DNA of 64,000 bases from Thermoleophilaceae bacterium (GTDB taxonomy: Bacteria; Actinomycetota; Thermoleophilia; Solirubrobacterales; Thermoleophilaceae), in NCBI GenBank assembly GCA_040881635.1, contig JBBECV010000008.1, positions 596-64,595 of the forward strand, written 5' to 3'. Of the stretch, positions 17,273 through 30,234 are shown one piece after another. Under the pieces are notes generated by a model that worked only from the letters and a program-made list of their open reading frames with translations, had not been told where the DNA came from and did no database searches. How positions within the stretch are numbered: position 1 is the stretch's first letter; every line of letters begins with the position of its first letter. The position numbers and the translations under genes were made by a program.

Positions 17273-18207
17273 GCCCGTCGCTGCTCGGCCCGCCCGCGAC
17301 GTCGTCCCGGTTCGGTTCGCTGCGCCGCCAGGCCGTGATCACCGCCGTCGTCGTCGGGCTCGTCCTGGTGGTCGTCGTCGCGGCCGCGCGGATGATGCTC
17401 TTCTCCGACCGCGACGCGCTGTTCGTGGCGGTGCTCGTGCTCGGCGCCGGGATGGTGACGCTGAGGACCGCGGCGCTCGCCGAGCGCGAGCGGGCGCGCG
17501 CCGCCGCCGAGGCCACGCGGCGGCGCCTGGTGGCCGCGGTGTCGCACGACCTGCGCACGCCGATCGCCTCGCTGCGGCTGCTGATCGAGGCGATCGACGA
17601 CGACATCGTCGACGGCGAGACGCGCCGGCGCTACCTCGCGACGATGCAGACCCACATCGCCTCGCTGAGCGCGATGATCGACGACCTCTTCGAGCTCTCG
17701 CGGATCGAGGCCGGGGACATCGACTGGTCGATGCGCCAGGTGGGGCTGGCGCCGCTGGTCGACGAGACCGTCGTGGCGATGCGGCCGGAGGCGCGGGCGC
17801 GGCGGGTCGAGCTGAGCGCCCAGCTCGGCGACGGGGAGCTGTCGGCGCACGTCGACCCCGAGAAGATCCAGCGCGTCCTGTTCAACCTGATCCGCAACGC
17901 GATCCGGCACACCCCGGCGGACGGGAGCGTCACGGTGCGGGCCGGCGCCGGCGCGGGCGGCGACGCGATCGAGATCGAGATCGCCGACACCGGCGACGGC
18001 ATCCCGGAGGACGAGCGCGAGCGGGTCTTCGACGCCTTCTTCCGCGGCGGCGCCGACGCCGCCCGCGAGTCGGACGGCGCCGGGCTCGGCCTGGCGATCG
18101 CACGCGCGATCGTCGAGACCCACGGCGGGCGGATCTGGCTCGCCCCCGCCGAGCGCGGGACCAGCGTGCGCTTGAGCCTCCCGCGGAGCGGCATGGCGCA
18201 TCCGTAG
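17269..18207 (+). CDS. Sensor histidine kinase (two TM segments, no evident extracytoplasmic domain)
   Basis: ATGA overlap with the regulator gene. H-box AAVSHDLRTPIASL. ATPase motifs NLIRNAIRHT, DTGDGIP and GAGLGLAIARAIVETHGG. Confidence 0.9.
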   Translation: MSPSLLGPPATSSRFGSLRRQAVITAVVVGLVLVVVVAAARMMLFSDRDALFVAVLVLGAGMVTLRTAALAERERARAAAEATRRRLVAAVSHDLRTPIASLRLLIEAIDDDIVDGETRRRYLATMQTHIASLSAMIDDLFELSRIEAGDIDWSMRQVGLAPLVDETVVAMRPEARARRVELSAQLGDGELSAHVDPEKIQRVLFNLIRNAIRHTPADGSVTVRAGAGAGGDAIEIEIADTGDGIPEDERERVFDAFFRGGADAARESDGAGLGLAIARAIVETHGGRIWLAPAERGTSVRLSLPRSGMAHP

Positions 18208-18307
18208 CCGTAGCCGAGCAGGATCATCCTCTTCCAACCCCCCGATCCGGCCACTCGCGATCATCGCGCACTCCGCCGGGCGCATCGGGCCGGCTGGGCG
18301 CCCAGGC

Positions 18308-20458
18308 TCAGGCCTCCTCGGCTGCCGGCTGCAACGCCGGCTCGACGACCGGCCGCGGTGGCTCGAGCGGCGACGCCTGCGTGCGCAGGAGCCGTGCCGG
18401 CAGCGCGGGCAGCCACCAGTTCCACCTGCCCATCAGCGACACGACGGCCGGCACGAGCAGGCCGCGGATCAGCGTCGCGTCGAGCAGGATGCCGGCCGCG
18501 AGGCTGGTCGCGAACATCTTCGTGACCGTGTCCGGCGCCGACGCAAGCGCCGCGAAGGCGAAGAACAGGATCAGCGCAGCGCTGGTGACGAGGCGGCCGG
18601 TGTGGCCGAGGCCGTCTATGACCGCCCGGTTCGTCGAGCCGGAGCGGTCGTACTCCTCGCGCATGCGCGTGAGGATGAACACCTCGTAGTCCATCGACAG
18701 GCCGAACAGGAAGGCGAAGACCATGATCGGGATCCAGCTCTCGACCGCTCCGGTGGCGGCGATGTCCCAGATCAGCTCGGAGCCGATGCCCTCCTGCCAG
18801 ACGAGCACCATGATCCCGACCGCGGCCGCGAGCGAGAACAGGTTGAGCAGGACCGCCTTGAGCGGCAGCAGGATCGAGCGTAGGGCGCGTGCGAGCAGCA
18901 GGAAGGTGAGCAGCAGGACGAGCCCGAGCATCAGGGGCGCTGCGTCGTAGACGGCGTCGACGAAGTCGGCGTTCTCGGCCGGACCGCCGATCGCGACGCT
19001 CGACGGCAGCTGCTCGCGCATGCGGTCGAGGATCTGCGCCCCCTCGCCCGAGTAGCTGTCGACCGCCGGGACGACGTTGAGGATGCGGGTGCCGCCGGCG
19101 GCCCAGCTCTCCGGGTCGACAACGGCGTTGACGCCCTCGACGTCGGCGACGTCGGCCGCGACCTCGTCGGCCTGCGCGGACGGGACCAGCAGCTCGAAGG
19201 GCGACATCGCGCCGCCGCCGAGGCCGGAGTCGTCGAGGTTGTCGAACGCCTCGCGCGCCGGTCCGGACGCCGCCAGCGACTCAGCGCTCGCGGTGCCGAG
19301 CTGCATCGAGAGCGACGGGATCGCGAGCGCCACCAGCGCACCGATCGACACGATCGCCGCGATCCAACGGTGGCGGACGATCCAGCCGGCCCACGAGAAC
19401 CAGCGCCCACGGGCCACGGCCGCCTTGCGCGCGTGCTTGGAACGGTCGAGCTTCGGTCCGATCGTCGACAGCAGCACGGGCAGCAGCGTGAGCGCGACCG
19501 CGACGCTGACGAGCGGGATCAGCAGGCCGCCGTAGCCGATCGAGCGCAGCGTGGGCACGGGCAGCACGACCATCACGAGCAGGCCGATCGCGACCGTGGT
19601 GCCGCTGAAGACGACGGCGCGACCGGCGGTGCGCATCGAGACGCGCACGGCGTCGACGTTCTCGCGGCCCCCGGCGCGCTCCTCGCGCCAGCGCATGACG
19701 ACGAGCAGCGCGTAGTCGATCGCCACGCCGAGGCCGATCAGCGCGAGCAGGAACTGGACGATGATCGAGACGTCGGTGATGCTGGCGATCGGCCAGAGCA
19801 GCAGGAACGTGACGGGGATCGAGAAGACGGCCATCAGCAGCGGCAGCAGCGCAAGGCGGATGCCGAAGAGGAGCGTGAGGATGACGAGCGCGCCGGTGCC
19901 ACCGATCAGGACCTCGAGCAGGAGCGCCGGTCCCTGATCGGCGTCCTCGTCCCCGAGCGAGAGCGCCCAGAAGCCGGTGATCTGGACAGGGGCGCCGGCG
20001 ACCGCCTTCCCGGCGAGCGCCTCCTTGACGGCGTCCTGCTCCGGCGGCGCCTGGAAGCCACCGCTGAACTCGGGGTAGACGAGCGCGTAGGTGGTGCGTC
20101 CGTCCTCGGATACGAATGCGCGGTCGCCGGTCGACGTGTACGAGGCGACGCGGGCGTTCGGGACGGCGCGCTCGATGCTGCCGAAGGCGGCGTCGAGCTC
20201 CCTGCGCACGTCCGGCGAGTCGACGGTCTTGCCCTCCGGCACCGTCACCACGGGCACGATCGGCGGCATCTGCCCGCCCGTCCCGTAGAGCTGCTGGATG
20301 CGCTGGTTGGTCTCGAACCCCGCGCCGGTGCCGCTGAAGCTCTCGGAGAGCGACTCCGTGGCGGGGCCCATGGCCCCGATCGCCGCGATCAGCAGCACCA
20401 CCCAGCCGATGACGACCTTGCGACGGTTTCGGAGGACGACCTCCGTCAAGCGCTCCAC
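18308..20458 (-). CDS. MMPL/RND-superfamily membrane transporter
   Basis: 716 aa from a GTG at 20458 (GGAGG RBS 8 nt upstream). Two 6-TM bundles with MMPL-type repeats (DYALLVVMRWREE / MDYEVFILTRMREE). Confidence 0.85.
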   Translation of the reverse strand: MERLTEVVLRNRRKVVIGWVVLLIAAIGAMGPATESLSESFSGTGAGFETNQRIQQLYGTGGQMPPIVPVVTVPEGKTVDSPDVRRELDAAFGSIERAVPNARVASYTSTGDRAFVSEDGRTTYALVYPEFSGGFQAPPEQDAVKEALAGKAVAGAPVQITGFWALSLGDEDADQGPALLLEVLIGGTGALVILTLLFGIRLALLPLLMAVFSIPVTFLLLWPIASITDVSIIVQFLLALIGLGVAIDYALLVVMRWREERAGGRENVDAVRVSMRTAGRAVVFSGTTVAIGLLVMVVLPVPTLRSIGYGGLLIPLVSVAVALTLLPVLLSTIGPKLDRSKHARKAAVARGRWFSWAGWIVRHRWIAAIVSIGALVALAIPSLSMQLGTASAESLAASGPAREAFDNLDDSGLGGGAMSPFELLVPSAQADEVAADVADVEGVNAVVDPESWAAGGTRILNVVPAVDSYSGEGAQILDRMREQLPSSVAIGGPAENADFVDAVYDAAPLMLGLVLLLTFLLLARALRSILLPLKAVLLNLFSLAAAVGIMVLVWQEGIGSELIWDIAATGAVESWIPIMVFAFLFGLSMDYEVFILTRMREEYDRSGSTNRAVIDGLGHTGRLVTSAALILFFAFAALASAPDTVTKMFATSLAAGILLDATLIRGLLVPAVVSLMGRWNWWLPALPARLLRTQASPLEPPRPVVEPALQPAAEEA

Positions 20459-20522
20459 GATTGCTACCTCCGGGCCAGGGACGTCTATTACACTCGGTAG
20501 AAGTTTCGCCTCTGTATAGCAA

Positions 20523-21185
20523 ATGGGTGCGCCGAAGGAGACCTCGCTCAGCGAGCCGGAGATCGGACCGGAGATCCCTCTCCGTGCACGCAAGAAGCTG
20601 CGCACTCGCAAGGCGATCTCCGACGCCGCGACGGACCTCTTCGCCGAGCGTGGCTTCGACGCCGTGACCGTCGAGGACGTGGCGGAGGCGGCGGAGGTCT
20701 CGAAGAAGACGGTCTTCAACTACTTCGGCTGCAAGGAGGATCTTCTCTTCGACGAGGCGGACGCCGCGAAGGAGCGGCTGGTGGCGGCCGTGCGGGAGCG
20801 CGACCCTGGCGAGTCGGTGCTCGCCGCGGTGCGCCGCAACGCGCTCGCCGGCACCGAGCGAATGTGCTCCGGTGAGGCGCCGTGGATCGAGAAGATGTCC
20901 CGCCTCGTGGCGGCCAGCCCGTCGCTCCAGACCCGCGAGCGTGAGATCTACGACGACATCGCACGCGCGCTGGCCGAGGTCATCCGCGAGGAGACCGGCG
21001 CGGACGAGGGCGACTGCCGGCCATACGTCGCCGCCCGGGCGATGGTCGGGGTGCAGCGATCGGTGATCGAGAGCGCGCGGCGGCGTGTGGTGGGCGGCGG
21101 ACAGACGGGGGCGGAGCTGGCGAAGGCGCTGCGGCGGGAGGTGGAGCGCGGGTTCGCGGTGCTGGAGGAAGGGCTCGCGCATTGA
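20523..21185 (+). CDS. TetR-family transcriptional regulator
   Basis: 220 aa. The HTH reads RKAISDAATDLFAERGFDAVTVEDVAEAAEVSKKTVFNYF. Divergent from the MMPL gene. Confidence 0.9.
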   Translation: MGAPKETSLSEPEIGPEIPLRARKKLRTRKAISDAATDLFAERGFDAVTVEDVAEAAEVSKKTVFNYFGCKEDLLFDEADAAKERLVAAVRERDPGESVLAAVRRNALAGTERMCSGEAPWIEKMSRLVAASPSLQTREREIYDDIARALAEVIREETGADEGDCRPYVAARAMVGVQRSVIESARRRVVGGGQTGAELAKALRREVERGFAVLEEGLAH

Positions 21186-21334
21186 GCGGTGGTTGCCTAA
21201 GTGTGCAGGACTCGTCACCTGCCGTGCCACCACGCTCCGGTGTTGCGTACACTCGCTTACACCTCTGAAATACTCTCCCGATCACCGCGCGGGAGACATC
21301 TCGGGGGCGTGTAGATCGGCGCCTGCTTCATGGC

Positions 21335-22741
21335 GTGCTTCTCTATGGAGGGCGTCTAGAGAGCGGCACTACCAGCCTCGGTGAGTTCTGGACGCATATA
21401 GGCGATCGCGGCAACGGCAAGGAGCGAATCGACGAACTGGCCGCATCGGGCTTCCTACGCAAGACACCCAGGCGTCCCCCGCGCTTCGGTGCGGGTCTCG
21501 GCCTCGTGCTCGGGGTCTCGCTCGGCAAGGACAGCTTGCGGGCGGGGCTCGTGGATGCGAACGGCATCGTTCACCATCTGCGAGAGGCGCCGGCCGTCCG
21601 AGACCGCTTCAAGGCGAACACGAAGAGGACCGTGCTTGCCGACATCGGGACGCTCGCCAGCAAGGTGCTCCAGGATGGGCTCAGGAATCCGGTCCTTGCC
21701 CAAGTCCATCGCATCGGGACGGCCGCTAAGCCAGCACTGCCGCTCCTCGGCGCCGCCGCTGCATGGCCGGCACCGGTCCACCGAGTAACAAAACGACCCG
21801 AGGGACGCGGGTTGCACAGCGATGACTGGTACAGCGAGTCGCTGGCCACGGCACTGGCACGAGTGCTCCACATCGACGACGACAGGGCGCATGCTCTGAA
21901 CGACGCGAATTCGATCGCGTTGGCCGCTGCCTTCGACGAGTCAAGGCGACTACCCCGAATACTGCACGAGGGCCAAGTCGCAATGGCGATCCGTGTCGGT
22001 GGCGGTATAGGCGCTGGGACGGCGATCCTCGACCGATTCTCCCCCACGCGATCGGCGTTCCTCGAGACGAAGCTGATCGAGGGCAGCCACGGATTCGCGG
22101 GCGAGCTTGGGCATCTTGTCATCAGTGCGCGGGACATCGATGACCTGAACGCCGATCTGCCAGACGGCCTCGCTCCCATCGATCAAGACTCGTCGTGCTC
22201 TTGTGGAACAGCCGATCGCGTCCATCTGGAGGCCGTCGCGAGCGCCGCTGCCCTGATCCGCCGCTGGAAAGCGAGCCGCGAGCTCAGCGGGAGCGAGGCC
22301 GAAGGGAGTGTGGGAATGAGCCACGAGGACGCTCGCGAGCTCGCGGGCACGCGACTGGGAAGCATGGCGCTGAGGGATGCCGGCAAGTTGATCGGACGCT
22401 GCCTCGCTGCGCCGATACTGATGCTGAACCCACTGACGATCACGCTCGCCGGCGCCGCAGCGGTCGATGCTCTCGCGAGCGGGATCGAGGATGAGAAGCC
22501 CAGATGGCGATCGGCGTTTGGCGGTCCAGACCCCGAGTTGCGGTGCCTCGACGCAGCTGAGAGCAAGCGGGCGGCGCTCCGCGGAGCCGCGCTAGTAGTC
22601 ATCAGGGGCGATGTGTTCCGGCGGTTCGATGCCTATCCCCGCAGCTTCACCGAGGATGATTCCCGACTCCTCCATGTCGAGCGAGACCACGTGGCGCTGA
22701 TAGCCGACGGCCCCCGCTCACCGACCGGTCACCGCACCTGA
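21335..22741 (+). CDS. Divergent ROK-family (sugar kinase/repressor fold) protein
   Basis: 468 aa. ASKHA/ROK motifs: LGVSLGKDSLRAGLVD, IRVGGGIGAGTAIL, GFAGELGH. The Zn motif is degenerate (CSCGTADRVHLE). Only a stub of an N-terminal wHTH remains (ELAASGFLRK). The region is lower in GC. Confidence 0.55.
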   Translation: MLLYGGRLESGTTSLGEFWTHIGDRGNGKERIDELAASGFLRKTPRRPPRFGAGLGLVLGVSLGKDSLRAGLVDANGIVHHLREAPAVRDRFKANTKRTVLADIGTLASKVLQDGLRNPVLAQVHRIGTAAKPALPLLGAAAAWPAPVHRVTKRPEGRGLHSDDWYSESLATALARVLHIDDDRAHALNDANSIALAAAFDESRRLPRILHEGQVAMAIRVGGGIGAGTAILDRFSPTRSAFLETKLIEGSHGFAGELGHLVISARDIDDLNADLPDGLAPIDQDSSCSCGTADRVHLEAVASAAALIRRWKASRELSGSEAEGSVGMSHEDARELAGTRLGSMALRDAGKLIGRCLAAPILMLNPLTITLAGAAAVDALASGIEDEKPRWRSAFGGPDPELRCLDAAESKRAALRGAALVVIRGDVFRRFDAYPRSFTEDDSRLLHVERDHVALIADGPRSPTGHRT

Positions 22742-22756
22742 CGAGGTGGTCGCTGT

Positions 22757-22783
22757 GTGGGGTAACGAGCGAGAACCCCACAT
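22757..22783 (+). terminator. Possible intrinsic terminator hairpin after the ROK-like gene
   Basis: TGTGGGGT (11-nt loop) ACCCCACA followed by TTCAACTT. It lies 16 nt after the stop codon. Confidence 0.35.
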
Positions 22784-22885
22784 TCAACTTGCGGGGAAAC
22801 GCCGTCCGGCACGACTTGATCGCCGCCATGCCGGCACTTACAGTTCGGCTACTCCTAAATCAACCGCTTGAAGGGGTGGTGAGGA

Positions 22886-23254
22886 ATGAAGCGCATTACC
22901 GCAATACTACTAGGCACGATCGCGATCACCGCGTCGTTCGCCATGCTTCCCGGCATGTCGGACAGAGCCGGCGGTATCGGCGCCCTGGTTAGCGCGGCCT
23001 CACCGGGCCAGGCAGAGGCCTACCAGGCCGGCTATTCGAATGCGCGAGGCTGGCATCTCTGGGCAAAGATATCCCGGCACGAGGTGGTCACCGGCGTAAC
23101 TTTCATCGTCTGCCTTCGCTACGCCAGGGGCCCACTGGTATGGCTCCGGAAGTACTGCACCACCATCTCGAACATCGCCAAGCGAATCGTCGGGGGGCGG
23201 CGCGGCTTCTGGATCGAGGTCTGGCCGTACAAGTATCGCTACGGCACCTGGTAG
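22886..23254 (+). CDS. Small secreted hypothetical protein
   Basis: 122 aa. Signal-peptide-like N-terminus MKRITAILLGTIAITASFAMLPG. GGTGAGGA RBS. Trp/Tyr-rich C-terminus. No family recognised. Confidence 0.55.
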   Translation: MKRITAILLGTIAITASFAMLPGMSDRAGGIGALVSAASPGQAEAYQAGYSNARGWHLWAKISRHEVVTGVTFIVCLRYARGPLVWLRKYCTTISNIAKRIVGGRRGFWIEVWPYKYRYGTW

Positions 23255-23283
23255 TAGGCGACCATAGCCCGCCCGCGACACGA

Positions 23284-23326
23284 GCGGGAGTTGCCGAGAT
23301 GTCGGCGACTCCCGCTCATTTCTTTC
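23284..23326 (+). terminator. Rho-independent terminator
   Basis: A 14-bp stem GCGGGAGTTGCCGA / TCGGCGACTCCCGC (one G-U pair), loop GATG, then the T-rich tract TCATTTCTTTC. Confidence 0.7.
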
Positions 23327-23343
23327 GCGTCAGGTGCGCCTCA

Positions 23344-23416
23344 AGCCGACGCCCGGACTCGAACCGGGGACCCCATCTTTACGAGAGATGTGCTCTACCA
23401 GCTGAGCTACGTCGGC
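23344..23416 (-). tRNA. tRNA-Thr (anticodon CGT)
   Basis: Minus-strand cloverleaf. Acceptor GCCGACG/CGTCGGC, D-arm GCTCAGCTGGTAGAGC, anticodon stem CATCT/AGATG with loop C-T-CGT-A-A, T-arm CCCGGTTCGAGTCCGGG. Confidence 0.9.
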
Positions 23417-23556
23417 GGGGAAAGGCAGAGCCTAGCGGGGTTTGCGGGGTTCTGGGGTGGCGTGGGCGGTCCGACGTGGGGCACCGAGATCGGGCCGGAT
23501 CGGCCTGCGTTCGAGATGCCGGGGGTGCGATCTGGCGGCTCGTGCCCTGGGGAGGC

Positions 23557-23937
23557 ATGGGATTGGATCGAGAGGACGTGCCGGCGCGGCTGCGGCGGCT
23601 GGACGTGGCGGCGGTTCATGGCATGCGGTTGCTCATCGCGAGGGGCTTCCGGGCACGGCTGCTGGGGCTGGCGTGGCTGGCGGCCGTGCCCGACGACTGC
23701 ATGCTGCTGATCCCGGGTTGCCGGTCGATCCACACGTTCGGGATGCGGTTCAGGATCGACGTGACGTTCCTGGATGCGGAGGGGCGGGAGCTGCGAACGG
23801 TGCACGACGTGGGACCGCGGCGGGTGGTCCGGTACGGGCCTGCCGCTGCGGTCGTCGAGCGACCCGCCGGGAGTGGGTTGATCGCGCGGCGCGAAGATCC
23901 CGCCGACGCTCTGCGGGAGGAGCGTCGAGCGGCCTGA
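23557..23937 (+). CDS. DUF192 domain protein
   Basis: ARGFRARLLGLAWL...MLLIPGCRSIHTFGMRFRIDVTFLDAEG fits DUF192. The start is uncertain (ATG at 23557 or 23623). Confidence 0.65.
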   Translation: MGLDREDVPARLRRLDVAAVHGMRLLIARGFRARLLGLAWLAAVPDDCMLLIPGCRSIHTFGMRFRIDVTFLDAEGRELRTVHDVGPRRVVRYGPAAAVVERPAGSGLIARREDPADALREERRAA

Positions 23938-23952
23938 TGCCGCGCGCCGCGC

Positions 23953-25083
23953 TCAGGCGGCGTGGGCGCCGACGAGGCGGTTGAGGCGAAAGCCGAGCGC
24001 CTCGAGGGCGAGATCCTCGGTGACGTTGAGCTGGAGCGAGAGGCGGGCATCCTCGCAGCGCTCGGCGGCGGCGCGGAGGCGGGTGGGATCGAGGCGGGCG
24101 TCGGCGGCGAGCGTGGAGGCGGCGGACGGGTCGAGCACGGCGGCCTCGGCGCCCTCGGCCACGCAGAGCAGGTCGCGGAAGCGCAGCGCGGCGAGCGTGA
24201 GGCCGAGGTCGAGCACCTCGGTGCGGGCGCGGCGGCCGTCGCGCTTGGCGGCATCCTCGAACTGCTTCTCGATCGCGCCGCGGTCGCGGCCCTTGGGCTC
24301 GTTGGCGAGGCGGGCGGTGGCCTCCTCGGCGATCCGCTCCTCGGCGGCGGCGCGGCGCTGGTCGGCGCGGTCGAGCAGGCCGCGCCAGGCCTCGGGCTCG
24401 CCGGCGGGACGACCGCCGCCGCGCAGGGCCGAGGCGACGAGGCGGTCGACGTCGGCGCGCAGTGCGACGCCCTCCTCGGACGCGAGGAAGCGGGCGCGCT
24501 CGCCGTTGCCGAGCGCGAGTCGGGCGCACGGCTCCGCGACGTTCGCCGGCACGCCCTCCCCCATCAGCTGCTCGGCGATCCGCGCCGCGGGCAGCGGGTC
24601 GAAGCGGACGAGCTGGCAGCGCGAGACCACCGTCGGGATCACCTGGCCGAGCGAGTCGGTCAGCAGGATCAGGTGGACGAACGGCGGCGGCTCCTCGAGC
24701 GTCTTGAGCAGCCGGTTGGCGACCTCGTCGTTCATGGTGTCGACGCGCTCGAGCACGAACACGCGCCTGGCGGACTCGAACGGCGTGCGCGAGGCGGCGT
24801 TGACGACGGGGTCGGCGACGTCGTCGGTTCGCATCACGTGCGCGCCGGTGGGCCGCACCCACGTGAGGTCGGGATGGGTGCCCGCCAGGGCGCGGTGGCG
24901 GGCGTTGTCGACGTCGGGCGAGCCGGCGGCGAGCAGCTCGGCCGCGAAGGCGCGGGCGACGGCGCGCTTGCCGACGCCGGCGGGGCCGTGGAAGAGGTAG
25001 GCGTGCGAGGGGTCGCCCGCGAGCGCGGCCGTCAGCGTCATCCGCGACTGTGGGTGGTCCTCGGTGCCGGGGAGGGCGCTCAT
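23953..25083 (-). CDS. holB: DNA polymerase III delta-prime subunit
   Basis: 376 aa from the ATG at 25083. HAYLFHGPAGVGKRAVARAFA...NRLLKTLEEPP...VSRCQ. The remaining N-terminal part of the 657-aa ORF is shadow. Confidence 0.9.
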   Translation of the reverse strand: MSALPGTEDHPQSRMTLTAALAGDPSHAYLFHGPAGVGKRAVARAFAAELLAAGSPDVDNARHRALAGTHPDLTWVRPTGAHVMRTDDVADPVVNAASRTPFESARRVFVLERVDTMNDEVANRLLKTLEEPPPFVHLILLTDSLGQVIPTVVSRCQLVRFDPLPAARIAEQLMGEGVPANVAEPCARLALGNGERARFLASEEGVALRADVDRLVASALRGGGRPAGEPEAWRGLLDRADQRRAAAEERIAEEATARLANEPKGRDRGAIEKQFEDAAKRDGRRARTEVLDLGLTLAALRFRDLLCVAEGAEAAVLDPSAASTLAADARLDPTRLRAAAERCEDARLSLQLNVTEDLALEALGFRLNRLVGAHAA

Positions 25084-25107
25084 CGCCGGGCGAGCGTAGC
25101 GGCCGGT

Positions 25108-25749
25108 ATGGTCGCCGCCGTGGCGCGCGGCCGGCTGATCACGATCGAGGGGCTCGACGGCGCCGGCAAGACGACGCTCGCCGCGCACCTCGCGGACGCG
25201 CTGCGGGCGCGTGGGGTCGGCGTCGAGCTGCTGCGCGAGCCGGGCGGCGTCGAGGCGTCCGAGCGGATCCGGACGCTCGTCAAGGACCCGGCGCTGACGA
25301 TCGGTGCGCGGGCCGAGGCGCTGCTGTACGCGGCGGCGCGGGCACAGCTCGTCGAGGAGGCGCTGGCGCCGCTGCTCGACGGCGGCGACTGGGTGCTGCT
25401 CGACCGCTTCGTCGACTCGTCGCTCGCCTACCAGGGCGGCGGTCGGGGGTTGGGCGTGGAGGTCGTCGCGGCGATCAACGAGTTCGCGACCGGCGGGCTG
25501 AGGCCGGACCGGACGCTGCTGCTGGAGGTCGACCCGGCGCTCGGACGCGCACGGCAGGGAACGCGCCTGGAGGGGTTCGACCGGCTCGAGCGCGAGGAGG
25601 AGGCGTTCTTCGCGCGCATCGCGGCCGGCTACGACGAGCTGGCGCGGCGTGAGCCCGAGCGCGTGCGCCGGGTCGACGCGAGCGGGGCGCCCGAGGACGT
25701 GCTCGCGGCGGCGTTGGCCGAGCTCGACGACGTGCTCGTCGGCGCCTGA
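25108..25749 (+). CDS. tmk: Thymidylate kinase
   Basis: 213 aa. P-loop ITIEGLDGAGKTT, then LLREPGG and DRFVDSSLAYQG. Confidence 0.9.
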   Translation: MVAAVARGRLITIEGLDGAGKTTLAAHLADALRARGVGVELLREPGGVEASERIRTLVKDPALTIGARAEALLYAAARAQLVEEALAPLLDGGDWVLLDRFVDSSLAYQGGGRGLGVEVVAAINEFATGGLRPDRTLLLEVDPALGRARQGTRLEGFDRLEREEEAFFARIAAGYDELARREPERVRRVDASGAPEDVLAAALAELDDVLVGA

Positions 25750-26039
25750 CCCCGCCGATCGCGGGCGCCGCAGCGGATCGATTCCACGTTTGTCCGGGAC
25801 AGGGCGGCCATGACCGTGAAAGGGGTTCGTGAGAAGGCGCCGGAAAATGCGGGCACGAAGCGCCGCCGGCCGCGGAGATCGCAAGTATTGCCCTCTAGAA
25901 TGAGGGTTGTGAGTCGTCGTTCCCAAGCCGCCCGCGCGTCCAGTTTCTTTCCATCCGACGGAAGCGGCACCATCGCTTCCCGGCTGCGGTGAGCCACTCC
26001 GAGCCGGGTACGCACCCGAGTAGACGACGAGGAGAGAGC

Positions 26040-30020
<3,981 letters not shown>

Positions 30021-30120
30021 ACCGCCGTAGCCATTCCACGCTCGGGTAGCGAGGCGCCGGGAAGGCGCCGACCGAGACCCATGCCCCGCGCGGCTACGGC
30101 GCTTCGGGCCCTCGAGGGCC

Positions 30121-30213
30121 GGTTGCGGCCGCACGTCGGCCGCAATCGGCCCGCGGCGGGCCGGGCCAGAGCGGTGGGCTGGTTGCGGCCGACATGCGGC
30201 CGGGATCGGCCCG
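30121..30213. repeat. Two copies of a ~33-bp GC-rich hairpin-forming repeat (60-bp period) between convergent genes
   Basis: GGTTGCGGCCGCACGTCGGCCGCAATCGGCCCG (30121-30153) versus GGTTGCGGCCGACATGCGGCCGGGATCGGCCCG (30181-30213). The first copy contains a perfect 9-bp stem TTGCGGCCG/CGGCCGCAA. Confidence 0.6.
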
Positions 30214-30234
30214 GTGCGCCCGAGGAGGGCCGGC

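Noticed and set aside
19281-21233. 650-aa minus-strand ORF spanning the MMPL 5-prime half and the whole TetR gene
   Set aside because: It is out of frame with the MMPL gene and antisense to a clear TetR gene, with shadow composition.
23750-25000. Several 340-600-aa ORFs overlapping holB in other frames and on the other strand, including the N-terminal 380 aa of ORF 23962-25749
   Set aside because: Only the holB frame (minus) and the last 213 codons of the plus ORF (tmk) carry family motifs. The rest is shadow.
25750-26039. Possible cobalamin riboswitch or NrdR boxes in the ~290-nt region upstream of nrdJ (contains GCCACT, a CCCTC-TAGAAT-GAGGG inverted repeat and a TAGAAT -10-like hexamer)
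   Set aside because: The conserved B12-box context and the multi-stem core could not be traced. The inverted repeat does not match the NrdR-box consensus as I remember it. It needs a covariance-model search (Rfam/Infernal) before any claim.
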